A stretch of DNA of 62,864 nucleotides, counting the filler, from Octopus bimaculoides (Eukaryota), in NCBI RefSeq assembly GCF_001194135.2. It is 4 parts of 4 records of this genome, joined end to end, with 100 filler letters (N's around TTAATTAATTAA, not from the genome) between each part and the next. Parts side by side here need not be neighbours in the genome. Positions count along the whole stretch, not along the records: positions 28,936 to 60,935 come from NC_068991.1; 3 more parts are not named here. One strand, 5' to 3'. The notes under the pieces are model-generated. The model was given only the letters and a program-made list of their open reading frames with translations, searched no databases and was not told the origin of the DNA. Each line of letters begins with the position of its first letter. Within the stretch, counting starts at the first letter, position 1. Positions 38,019-50,163 of the stretch are shown one piece after another. Made by a program: the position numbers and the translations under genes.

Positions 38019-38693
38019 TGTCTATTTCTTTTCTGTTTAGCTTATCCCAATATTTACAATGTAAGGGCTTTTCTTGCCATCATTTTATCATTATACCTTG
38101 TTGTTCCAGTTTTAGTTTGGATTTCAGTTGTTTTACAACTTTTGTTGTTTCCACTTTTTCTTTATAGTTATCAGGTACTATAACTTCTTTCTTATATTTT
38201 CCAGAGAACAGTTTTTTGCTTTGCTCATATTTTGTGGCTATTTGTACCAGTTTTCCTTGCTTCTGAATTAAGTATTTCTGTAATCTTATGGTAGTTAATT
38301 TATAATAGTTTCCTCGTTGTATAAGGTCTCTATCACCTTTAATTCATTGTATATATAACCTTGCTATGTCAGATTTTGGGTGGTGCATCCAAAATTCTGT
38401 CATTATTTTTCTTGCTTTCCTGTCTTGTTTGGTTAATTCATTTAGAGTCCAATAAAGAATATTGTCGCTGTAGCTTTATAACTGGGATGGCTTTTTACAT
38501 TGAGCTCTATTCTATGTATTAATCTAATTTGTCTATAGTATTCACTTCTAATCTTCTCTTTCATTTGTGTGCATTGTATCATATCTTGTTCATTGATTCC
38601 TAAGTATTTGTATGTCTGGCTTTGGTCTAATTCTCTTATTTCATTTGTTTTATCTAGTATGATAATGTTACTCTTAATTAGTTTTCCTCATCC

Positions 38694-38754
<61 letters not shown>

Positions 38755-38999
38755 CATTGTTGTTGTTGTTGTTGTTGTTGTTTTTATTTTATTAATAATA
38801 TCAATAATGATAATTTATTTTCTTCATTCTATAACAATTTCTTAGTACAATAATATAAATAGCAATCAGTGTAACTAGACAGCCATGCTTATGGTTGCTC
38901 ATTGAATCTGATGATGGCCATCTCTTCCTTCATAGGTAGCTCTTTTGATGACTAAGAGCCATACTAAACTGCCATACTGTGGTATGACGTCAGTGTACC

Positions 39000-39700
39000 C
39001 AACACAAGCTAATACAGTTAAATTGATGCATAAGATCTGGAGAGAACAAAGAAATGAAGAGTGTAAGACAACAAATAAACACAAATACATTAGCAAAATG
39101 CCGGCAGGTTTATAATAAACTATAAAATGATCTCAGGAACGGAAATAGAACAATTCATACAAAGAATATACATAGAAATATATTACAAAGAAACAGACCA
39201 CATAGATAGCAAAATATACTCCCACAAGCCAATGAAAATAGTACGAGAGAACCCAGTCCTCCAAAGACATAATCCCAGAAAACACAATGGAAATGAAACA
39301 ACAGAAATGCCCACGCATGAAAAGTACAAGTCTTTGGAATAAAGCAAACAACAAATACAGAAAAATAATAAAACAACAAAGAAAAACCTAAAAGAAACAA
39401 AGCAAGGGTGGTGACAATGTAAGATTCCATGGAAACAACCCAGCTATAAAAATATACTCCTGACTCCACAGAGTAAACAATGTTTTCTATATTTGATGAT
39501 TTAAAACAGTTTACAAAAGACAACAGTGAGTTTTTCATGCTCTTAAAATTGTACATCGATTTATCTCTGGGATTTGATAAATGTGTCAAAGCTATTTTAA
39601 CAACAGGTAGATTGATGAAAACTGTAAAGGCCAAATTGAGAAGTCTGAATTGAACTACACAAGATCAATGTCTAACCAAGAATTAAAAAATATATATATA
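39000..39700 (+). mobile_element. Highly decayed R4-like RT relic
   Basis: LKQFTKD..LGFDKCVKAILTTGRL resembles the FGLDKCAKATF.KGKL region of R4 RTs. Confidence 0.45.
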
Positions 39701-41054
39701 AAAGAATCAGAATGAAATCATGAAACAACTGGCTAATGCCAACTTCAGACTATTTAATCAACATAAATAAACAATCGACCATCTAATTTCCGACTCTCCA
39801 GTTTTTGCAATGATTGAATATGCCCACGGATATAATGTGGTAGGTTGTAGGTAGCTATATATACATTGATCAATATGGAGATATTTCTGCATCAAAATAA
39901 TTGGTATAAATACTCCCCAAATTTGGTAGTTGTACTTTAACTTTGGGAAATATTTGTTTTCACTTACGAGGAGATCAAAGAGACAGGAATGAAAACCAAT
40001 ATGTTTGGATAGTCATCCCAAACCCTTCCAACCCCTACAAAATCTTCTGGAAGGTATTTGGAACACAATCAAATACGAGGAGTTGCAAATGGAAATAAAC
40101 AAGTAAAAACAGTTTCTAAAAAAATCTCTGTTTTCTGTGTACCATGCCTAAAGGTATCAGCAATCATGAACCTTCACGCCAAGGTCTGAAGATTCATGGA
40201 TGTTTTGGGGGAAAAGATACAGTAATGGTTCCTCACTGTTTTCTCCCAGATCAATTACAGTCTCCTGTCCTTTCAAGCTTATCCTTTTGAGGTATAGGGC
40301 TTATTTAACACTTAGGCAAGAAAGCTGGTTCACTTGATATCAAGGGCATAGCTATACACTAATGGGACTGTGTGACATATATCTAGGGGTAAGCCCACCT
40401 CTAAATCCTGTAGCTTTAAACCACAAAACTATTTTCTACTATTTAACCTATAACTAGGAGTAGTGAATGGCTACCAGGTAACTTTATACTCTCTAAAACT
40501 CCTGAACTCCCTAGCTGGAGCCTCACCACAAGCTGGAATAGAAGATATGCTTTTGCATGGTTTTTACAGCTGGATACCCCTCCTAACACCAGTCACTTTA
40601 CAGTGTGTACTGAGTGCTTTTTTCATGATACTGATACTCAACAAGTTGTCAAGTAACTTGCAAGACAGGAAAACAGAAGTAAGAAAAGAAATCCACCCAC
40701 GCATTAGTGACAATCCATCACTCAAGCTGGATCAGGGAGAACCAAGACTGACCAATTTCCAGTCTTGGTTTTAACATTCAAGTCCTAATTCCCTTTCAAT
40801 TAATACATCATTCACATGGTCATCCTCCAGATTGTTTAGCAGACCCATCTTCAATTGTTCCAAGATACAAATATACATGAGTTCTCTTCCATTCCAAGGA
40901 AGGGTGAACTTGTCCTCAAGCATCCTAGATGTTTTTTGCTTAGGTTTATTCCTCTTCTTTCATGTCTTCTTCCTTCCATCTGCTCACCACTTCTTTCAAG
41001 CATTCATTTAATCTTCATCATTGCAAGATGATTGAATGGTACTACTGAGAGGAG

Positions 41055-41444
41055 TGAAGGCGCAATGGCCCAGTGGTTAGGGCAGCGGACTTGCGGTCAT
41101 AGGATCGGGTTTCAATTCCCAGACCGGGCGTTGTGAGTGTTTATTGAGCAAAAACACCTAAAGCTCCACGAGGCTCCGGAAGGGGATGGTGGCGAACCCT
41201 GCTGTACTCTTTCACCACAACTTTCTCTCACTCTTACTTCCTGTTTCTGTTGTGCCTGTAATTCAAAGGGTCAGCCTTGTCACACTGTGTCACGCTGAAT
41301 ATCCCCGAGAACTACGTTAAGGGTACACATGTCTGTGGAGTGCTCAGCCACTTGCACGTTAATTTCACGAGCAGGCTGTTCCGTTGATCGGATCAACTGG
41401 AACCCTCAACGTCATAAGCGATGGAGTGCCAACAACAACAACAT
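41055..41444 (+). mobile_element. SINE family A full copy with 12-bp target-site duplication
   Basis: tRNA-like head with A box TGGCCCAGTGG and B-box-like GTTTCAATTCC, (ACA)n tail, TSD TACTGAGAGGAG at 41043-41054 and 41445-41456. Confidence 0.93.
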
Positions 41445-42166
41445 TACTGAGAGGAGAATCCTCAGTACCCTGGCCATCAACTCTCAACACTGAGTAAGAA
41501 ACAATCACTCTCACCATTCGCAGAGCTGTGACTAACGGTGTTCTCTGGAAATAGAAAACTTCTGGAGTGAGGGTGGGTCAACTCTTATTGTTGTTGTTAC
41601 TAGCGCTGATCATAGGTCTGGAGCATGAGGGAATGATATGTCACTACACAACACCACCACCACCACTACCATCACCACCAACAACAATAACAACAAATAA
41701 TTGCTTTGTTTATTGTTTCTCTTTGTTTAATGTCATATAGAAGAGATTGTTGTTGTTTTTGTTGTTTAACAACACCCCACCGCCAAACCTCCCCCACCAC
41801 CCAGATATGCTCCGATTTAGCAGAACAATAACCATCCCTTCTTTATTACAAATATCATTGTATCCTGGATGACATTTATATTTTATCTTTTGCTTGTTTC
41901 TGTTATTGAACTGCGACCATGCTGGAGCGCTGCCTTGAAGGGTTTAGTTGAACAAATCCCCAGGACTTACTTGCCTTTTTTTTTGAAGACTTGTGCTTAT
42001 TCCAAACTGCTAAGTTATGTGGATGTAAACAGACCAACACTGGTTGTCAAGTAGTGGGGAAGCCAAACATAAATCACACACATATACACACACAACACAC
42101 AACTCACACACACATGCACTCACACATGCGCACACACACAGACATATACATTCACACACACACACA

Positions 42167-42230
<64 letters not shown>

Positions 42231-42292
42231 AACAACAGACTTCCACACAAACTTGTGTGGAAAACTTTGCCCACCAAATTCACTCACAAGGC

Positions 42293-42490
42293 ATTGCTTG
42301 GCCTACCTGAGCACGGTTCATGCTTCACTGGCATGTGGTTATGTTTGAAGTGGTTGTACTACTCCCTGATCTGTGTTTTGCCCATGGCATCATTGTCAAA
42401 GGCTTGCTGAATCTTCTGGATGGTTTGAGCTTGAGTATCACCAAGCTTTTGGCAAAACTTGATGCACTATCTCTGCCTGATTGGTGAAAG
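42293..42490 (-). mobile_element. mariner transposase N-terminal HTH relic
   Basis: QR*CIKFCQKLGDTQAQTIQKIQQAFDNDAMGKTQIRE*YNHFK..EPCSGRPS. Confidence 0.85.
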
Positions 42491-42819
42491 CAGAAATCCT
42501 ATGAACACGCACTACACATCTGTACTCTAGCTGTAACAGCTGGGAGCCAACACATCCTACCTGCATGAAAATTTTCACACATGTGTAGGAAAGGTGGTGT
42601 CACCTCCAATCCAAAGGATTTTGCCCACGTGGCATTAATTTTGGTGGGAAAAAATACGATTGGATACTTTTTGAATACATTTCATTGGCAATTTCTTTTC
42701 CTTCTTCTCAATGGCAATCTCTTTTCCTTCTTTGGACTTTTCCGTTTCTTCTTTCCAACAAAGAGCTATGCTCAAAATATCAAACTCTTTCCTCTCATAT
42801 ATAATGGTTTGAGATAGAG

Positions 42820-43073
42820 AAGAGAAACCGTGCAGAGTTGTGGAAATTAGCTGCCCAGCGGATGTTAACATAAAACTGAAGATCAGTGAAAAAGAGAACA
42901 CTTATGCTGAACTATTGATAAATCTGCAGTTACTCTATCCACATTGCAAGTTTGGGTTTATACCTGTAATTATTGGGGCCCTGGGATATGTAACACACTG
43001 CCTAAATACCAATCTTGAGAAATTCAGCCTCTCAAAACCAGAAAGGAGAAAGCTAATTTGAAGACTACAGATC
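42820..43073 (+). mobile_element. RLE-domain fragment, same family type as 6821-7505
   Basis: CRVVEISCPADVNIKLKISEKENTYAELLINLQLLYPHCKFGFIPVIIGALGYV. Confidence 0.85.
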
Positions 43074-43074
43074 T

Positions 43075-43520
43075 TGGTCAAGAGGATGGCTGCTGGAAGA
43101 CCCTATGTCTGGCAACAGGTCTCTGCACCCTGCCACACAAGCAGGAGAACCCAGTCATGACTGTCAGACAATTTCTGTGACCACATCACCCCTAACGTCT
43201 GGCTATCTAACTCGCTAGACTGCATCCCCTTGATTATTAGGTGAGGGGCGCAGTTGAGCGAGAGACCAACAAAACTCTTTGTAACACCAAAGATGAACTG
43301 AAGGCAAGGATTATGGAAGCATTCACCAACTCAAACAAGGAGACCATCCAGAAGAGTTGCAGGAGATTCCAAAGTCATCTGGAGGCCGCGGTTAAAGCCA
43401 TTGGCGATTTTATTGTAAATTTAGTAATTATGTAATATTGGTAAATTTTGGTTAAAATGAGATGTCAATGTTATTTTCGTTTTTGTGCAATTTAAACGAC
43501 AGGTTATTCATTTCACCCTG
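43075..43520 (+). mobile_element. maT/DD37D-like (Tc1/mariner superfamily) transposase C-terminal relic with right terminus
   Basis: RPYVWQQ(V)SAPCHTSRRTQS..VW(L)SNS(L)DC.PLDY.V.GAVERETNK..TKDELKARI..; ends CACCCTG followed by TA. Confidence 0.8.
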
Positions 43521-43789
43521 TATATACATATATATCTGACGCATATTATGTCGCTGTGTGACTTTCTTTGTCTATGTGCATATGTACGTGTCTGTGCATG
43601 CATACACACACACACACAAACATGTAGATGTATATTGAGGGAGTGAGAGAGAGAGAGGGGGGGGAGTGGAGGGGCTCTTATTTGACAAACATGTCAAGAA
43701 AGATATAACACACAATGTGACAAAATGAAATTACTGAGGCAGAAAAATAGATAAACTAGCAGAGCTTGAGATTAAAATGGCATAGTTTT

Positions 43790-43985
43790 TAATTGTTTTA
43801 CTTGTTTCAGTTATGTGACTGTAGCCATGCTGGAGCACTACCTTTAGTCAAACAAACTGACCCCAGAATTTAATCTGTGTAAGCCTAGTACTTATTCTAT
43901 TAGTGTCTTTTGCTGAACCTTTAAGTTATGGGAATGTAAACACAGCAACATAGGTTGTCAAGCAATGGTGGGAGTACAAACACAG

Positions 43986-44017
<32 letters not shown>

Positions 44018-44110
44018 ACACACACACAAAAAGAATATATACAACAGTCTTCTTTCAGTTTCCACGTACAAAATCCACTCACAAGGCTTTGGTCTGCCTG
44101 AGGTTATAAT
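43790..44110 (-). mobile_element. SINE family C copy (diverged)
   Basis: Reverse complement of the family C tail and body. Confidence 0.8.
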
Positions 44111-44136
44111 ACATACATACATACATATATATATAT

Positions 44137-44725
44137 ATGTGGTTGGCGTTAGGAAGGGCATCCAGCTGTAGAAACTCTGCCAAATCAGACTGGAGCCTGG
44201 TGTTGCCATCCAGTTTCACCAGTCCTCAGTCAAATCGTCCAACCCATGCTAGCATGGAAAGCGGACGTTAANNNNNNNNNNNNNNNNNNNNNNNNNNNNN
44301 NNNNNNNNNNNNNNNNNNNNNNNNNNNNNNNNNNNNNNNNNNNNNNNNNNNNNNNNNNNNNNNNNNNNNNNNNNNNNNNNNNNNNNNNNNNNNNNNNNNN
44401 NNNNNNNNNNNNNNNNNNNNNNNNNNNNNNNNNNNNNNNNNNNNNNNNNNNNNNNNNNNNNNNNNNNNNNNNNNNNNNNNNNNNNNNNNNNNNNNNNNNN
44501 NNNNNNNNNNNNNNNNNNNNNNNNNNNNNNNNNNNNNNNNNNNNNNNNNNNNNNNNNNNNNNNNNNNNNNNNNNNNNNNNNNNNNNNNNNNNNNNNNNNN
44601 NNNNNNNNNNNNNNNNNNNNNNNNNNNNNNNNNNNNNNNNNNATACATATATATACATATAGATCATCATCATCATCATCATCGTTTAACGTCCGCTTTC
44701 CATGCTAGCATGGGTTGGACGATTT
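44137..44725. mobile_element. Two RTE 3' termini facing tail-to-tail across a gap
   Basis: 44137-44271 (+) and 44662-44725 (-) share CCAACCCATGCTAGCATGGAAAGCGGACGTTAA. Confidence 0.85.
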
Positions 44726-47442
44726 ATATACATTGAAATAGAGATGTTATTGTTTCACCATTGACACATAATACTGAGGCCTCACATTAGGCAAGAAGTT
44801 GAACATTGTTTTTGGTAAGAAGTTGAAAATCCATGGACACTAAGTAATGCATGTGTAAAATTTGAATGAAATTGGTTGGGGAGTTCTCAAGTTTTAGTAA
44901 TGCACACATATGTAAAGACAGACAAACAGACAGACATTTAGACACACACACACACACACACATTCTCAGATTTCTATATATAGATAACCATCAAAAACAT
45001 TTTTGATATTTGAGAGAAAGACTTTTCTTTTTGTTTTTTGTTTATACATCATTTCAAGGACACCAGTTATGTAGGACAGGTTTTAGTTTCTACTGTAATA
45101 ATGGATTAATAACGTTATAGTATTGATATAAAGTAAAATAGTAGCAATCATCATCATCGTCATCATCATCGTCATCATCGTCATTGTTATCATCATCATT
45201 ATCATCAACATCATTATCATCATCATCATTGTCATCATCATCATTGTCATTTAATAGCTTGATATTGTTGTAATATTGGTGTAATACATACATACATACA
45301 TGCATACATTCATACATCCATACATCTATGAATATATACACACATGCATACACTCACACATACATACATACATGCATACATACATTGATGCATACATACA
45401 TACGTACATACATATATGCATACATATATATACACACATACATATGCATACATACACACATACATATGCATACATGCACACATACATACATATACATACA
45501 TGCACACATACATACATACATATGCCTACATGTACACATACATACATACATACTTGCATGAAGGAATGAATGGCAGGCTTCATTCAGTTTCCACCAACTA
45601 TATTTACTCACAATGCTTTGATGAACCTGAGGCTATAGCAGAAGACACCTGCTCAAGGTGCCATCCAGTGAGTCTGAACATATTTTGAAGTTGGCATGTG
45701 TGTGTGTGTGTGTGTGTAATGTTGCTGGTGTGTGTATGTGTGAGGGAGAGAGAGAGAGAAAGAAAGAGAGATAACTGAAATTATTTTTATTTCCTTTTTA
45801 TAGTGAGTATGCAAGACAGAGAGTGTGGTGAAATTCTTTTGTTAGTGTGAGAGAGAGCGGTTATGTATGTATGTATGTATGTATGTATGAATGGCTACAG
45901 TGACACACACACACATACACACGCAGGCTGTTATGTATGTGTGTGTGTGAATGGATTCAGTGNNNNNNNNNNNNNNNNNNNNNNNNNNNNNNNNNNNNNN
46001 NNNNNNNNNNNNNNNNNNNNNNNNNNNNNNNNNNNNNNNNNNNNNNNNNNNNNNNNNNNNNNNNNNNNNNNNNNNNNNNNNNNNNNNNNNNNNNNNNNNN
46101 NNNNNNNNNNNNNNNNNNNNNNNNNNNNNNNNNNNNNNNNNNNNNNNNNNNNNNNNNNNNNNNNNNNNNNNNNNNNNNNNNNNNNNNNNNNNNNNNNNNN
46201 NNNNNNNNNNNNNNNNNNNNNNNNNNNNNNNNNNNNNNNNNNNNNNNNNNNNNNNNNNNTCTGTCTCTTTCTTTCTTCCTTTCTTTCTTTCTTTCTTTCT
46301 TTCTCTCTCTCTCTCTCTCTCTCTCACACATACACACACCAGCAACATTACACACACACACATGCACACACACCACACACACACACACATGCCAACTTCA
46401 AAAGAAATCGTGCTCTCTCTATCTCTTTCGCTTTTACGATGTCGTTTCCCTCTTTCCCTCCAGGATTTTTTACGGAAAAGGCCAATGTGATTTAAACTTT
46501 CCGAGGCTTCCACCACACCTTCAACCCATTTTCGGACCACATAAAGGGTTTTGTAGCATATTAGCAGGCCAGCATAGTTGGTTCCACGCAAACAATCTGA
46601 TTTATTTTTTTCTTAGTGAAAATCGTGCGAGTGTTATCTAAAATTTAGCTGGAGATTTTCATGGTAAAATTCAGATTAAAAAAAAAGAAATTATCCATAT
46701 TCTTAATCTCCGTATTTTTCCCGTACATTGAAATATAGATGGTGAAAAGATCAATGTGTGGGGGGAGTGAAATTCCAAGGATTTCAGCACACCGGTGGCA
46801 GGCATCCATTTGGGGGAGCCATGCTTTTCACATGCGCAACTTTAGGAGGCCTGCTCCTGTGTGGGTAGTAGAAACGCTCTTTTTGTGTATGCTCTTCAGG
46901 GCAGAATACACAATGTTGTCTATAGCAAAGTTTTATAGACAAGTTGTCATTGCAGCCAATGTGGTTATAAATAGTGATCCAGAAACATTGGCCGGACATA
47001 TTCTCAAACCATGGCAACATGACTTATACACTCTTCCCCTTTTTTATTGGAAAATGCTGACTTCTCCAACAACAATGCTCACTCAGCTGATATTAGTGAT
47101 CGGCTAAGTTGCTCATAGAGTTAACCAAGAAGGGACAGGCCCCTTATTTTCTGGTTGAGGCTGTTGGTAAGTTTTCCTAAGTTACTCCAATCCAGATCTC
47201 CAATGCAAACCTTCAGATCAACCTTCTCCTATGCAGATCTCTAATGCAACTTTAAAAAAAAAAAAACAGTCAATGAGTGGAAATAACCGATAAACTAATT
47301 CCTTATAAGATTTCCCAATCAAATTGCCAGCAAACCATTTTCAGCCAAACCAATTTCAACGGATTTTGCTCAAATCTGATGTCCATGTTACTTATTTTGG
47401 TTTGAAATAAAGCACTTGATCACTTAATAATCCTAGCTTAAT

Positions 47443-47471
47443 CCCGGGCAACGCCGGGCTATACTGCTAGT
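47443..47471 (+). mobile_element. Helitron-type 3' terminus (GC hairpin + CTAG followed by T)
   Basis: CCCGGGCAACGCCGGG hairpin (47443-47458), then CTAG at 47467-47470 and T; this is the canonical Helitron end arrangement. Confidence 0.75.
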
Positions 47472-47488
47472 GTGTGTATATATATATG

Positions 47489-47525
<37 letters not shown>

Positions 47526-47742
47526 TTCTATGTTTGTGTCTCCTTGTCTTGACACTGTGTAATTATTATAAATGAACATCGTTCAATTCCCATATTCTGT
47601 GAAATCATGTCTGGCCATAAGGAAATATTAATTTGCTTGGAAAAAGATAAGGGTTAGCAACAGGAAGAGCATCTGACTGTAGAAAATCTGCTTTAGTAAA
47701 CGCTGTCCAACAACATGCAAGGATGGAAAAGTGAATGGTTAA

Positions 47743-47794
<52 letters not shown>

Positions 47795-48427
47795 CGATGA
47801 GGATAATGATGATGATGATGATGATGTTATTTTAGAATCCATTTGAGGCCTTCAAGGGCAGAAGTGATAAGAAATTTATTGTGAAACCGAGTATGTTACA
47901 TGGCAATGAAATTTTATCCATGAGAGTTAGATTTTTTTTGTTCATTGTGACAATATTAATCATCTACTCATAAGATATAAAGTTCTTTATCAAAGCTATA
48001 AAAATGTGTGATTTAAAATTAATCTGTTTAAGGTTGATTATCTTGTCAGTGTTGTGGTAATGTATATAAATACCCCCAGTGTAGTTTCATTAGCGATTGT
48101 AAGAAATAAAATAAAATAAAAACTATTGAAAAATAAAAACTGTTGTAAAATATATAGCGCAAGCAGTGTAGAGGAGGTTATATAACTGTTTTACATAGGA
48201 AAATGGTTCTGTACATTATTCACTAATTGCAACACAAGATTTTATTTGATCATGAAATGGATTGATAAAACATGTAAATATGTATACATAGTATAAACAA
48301 GCATGGCTGTGTGGTAAGAACTTGCTTCTCAACCACATGATTCCTGGGTTTAGCCACACTGCTTGGCACCTTGGGTTAGTGTTTTCTACTATAGCCCCAA
48401 ACATCGAAATTGAAAGAAGCCGTTGTA

Positions 48428-48735
48428 GGAGTGGCTTTGTGATAAGTAGCTTGCTTACCAACCACATAGTTCTGGGTTCAGTCCCACTGCGTGGCACCTT
48501 GGGCACGTGTCTTCTACTATAGCCTCAGGCCGACCAAAGCCTTGTGAGTGGATTTGGTAGATGGAAACTGTTTGTGTGTCTGTGTTTATCCCCCCACCAT
48601 CACTTGACAACCGATGCTGGTGTGTTTACGTCCCCGTACAAAGAATAAGTTCAGTGGTCGATTTGCTCGACTAAAAAGGTGGTGCTCCAGCATGGCCGCA
48701 GTCAGATGACTGAAACAAGTAAAAGAGTAAAAAGT
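48428..48735 (+). mobile_element. SINE family C copy with internal deletions
   Basis: Head, body and tail are recognisable; an extra head fragment lies at ~48300-48400. Confidence 0.85.
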
Positions 48736-48793
48736 ATAGAAGTCAAAATTACCAAACCACAAATTTTCACATAAACACACACACATATGTAAG

Positions 48794-48824
<31 letters not shown>

Positions 48825-49729
48825 ATCTATATGTATATATGTGTGGGTGGATGTGTATATATATATATATATATATATATGTATGAATAAAATAGATGCT
48901 AACTCTTGTACAATAATCCGTGAAACTTTAACCTCTATTAGCTAACAACAGATTGGTAAATAAAGGACAGAAAAGGTATGCAGATCTTGAACCAGTGATA
49001 ACAAAACTGTTGACGTTTAAGGTGAGTGGGAGATGATAACTGAACAATGTGACCTTATTGTTGTCAACTACGGAGTAAGGAAGGCATTTCATCTGTCACA
49101 TGACCAAACTGTTTCGATTTAACGCGTAAACTGAACTGGTTATGATTAAATCTTTAGCATTTATACCAGCCATATCGAGCCCAAATACTTCACCTGTTTT
49201 AAGTTCAAACCAACCAAGTCATACCTCCCACACTTAGCCTATATTGCCATTTTAAACCTAAATAATCACATCATTGAAGTCTCAGAGCTACAAGGTAATG
49301 CATGATTAATTCAAAATAATATGACTATATAAGCATTTCGTTATATTTGAATTCTAAAGGGTTAACACACATAGTACTTAATAACTAATATTCATTGCTC
49401 GTCGAAAAATGAAATAAACTTTGTTAGTTTCAGCAACGAGTGTTTCAGTGGTTAGACCAATTGATCTGTGTAGCAGTTTAATTAGCATGTTTGTGGATGA
49501 GTATTCTACAGACATGGAGTTCCTTAATGTAATTCTCAGATGAAATTACCAGCATAATAGAGTGTTGTATGAAACAAGGATGGCTCTTTGAACTTTGAAT
49601 TACAGACATGAACCAGTGGCATAGCTGGGGGGTGGGGGCAGGCAATGGGGGGCACTCTGACCTTGGTGACACTTTTATAGCAGACAGCACTTTTGGGTCC
49701 ACTGTATAATCCTATATGGGCTTAAAAAG

Positions 49730-49894
49730 CAGGGTTATCTTATGACATAGGCACCATGAGCAAGTGCCCTGGAGCCTCACAGGTTTCAGGGCCCAATTCC
49801 GATTAGTGTATGCTGTGGCTTACTGTCAATAAATACTATAGGGTTCAGTACACCAATTGGCGTGGGGGTCTATAAAGCTACTAAGATGGCCCTG
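49730..49894. mobile_element. Possible hAT-type MITE (~165 bp)
   Basis: Imperfect TIRs CAGGGTTATCTTA / TAAGATGGCCCTG; no 8-bp TSD retained. Confidence 0.45.
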
Positions 49895-50163
49895 CTGAGG
49901 AGGGAAGTGGGGTAGAAAAATCAAGGGCTGCCATAGATTGCACTCACTTTAGATTGTACCATAGATTGCACACACCACTGGTTTTGACCATCCAATGAGT
50001 TTCTGTTCAGTTACTGACCCAAAATTTATTCACAAGGTTTAGGTCAACCGTATATATATATATGTGAAACTTAATTTAATTTTAATTTTTAATAAATTAA
50101 TTTTAATTGGGTTTTTACTTGTAATTTTGGATTTTATCCCTATTATTATTATTATATATATAT

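Larger units (their letters stand above)
36365..38660 (-). mobile_element. R4/Dong-like element split by nested insertions
   Basis: Collinear minus-strand pieces: TYKYLGINE..MHHPKSD..WQEKPLH..KEID (38660-38020); WLRNSGLKAETKG..LAMKEY (37241-37060); HDKVGT..HWKLC..LLWNMPIHTDREIKANR..LLDVSIP..KLSKYKDLEIEI (36665-36365). Confidence 0.85.
36037..40037. repeat. ~202-bp near-perfect inverted repeat pair (36037-36238 / 39836-40037) enclosing ~3.6 kb
   Basis: Reverse-complement match with one substitution seen by eye (CCTTGTAAG vs CCTCGTAAG). Confidence 0.92.

Noticed and set aside
41055-41130. tRNA gene-like sequence (also 55905 and 34530-34604)
   Set aside because: It has A/B boxes but continues into a 390-bp repeat with tail and TSD, so it is a SINE head, not a tRNA gene.
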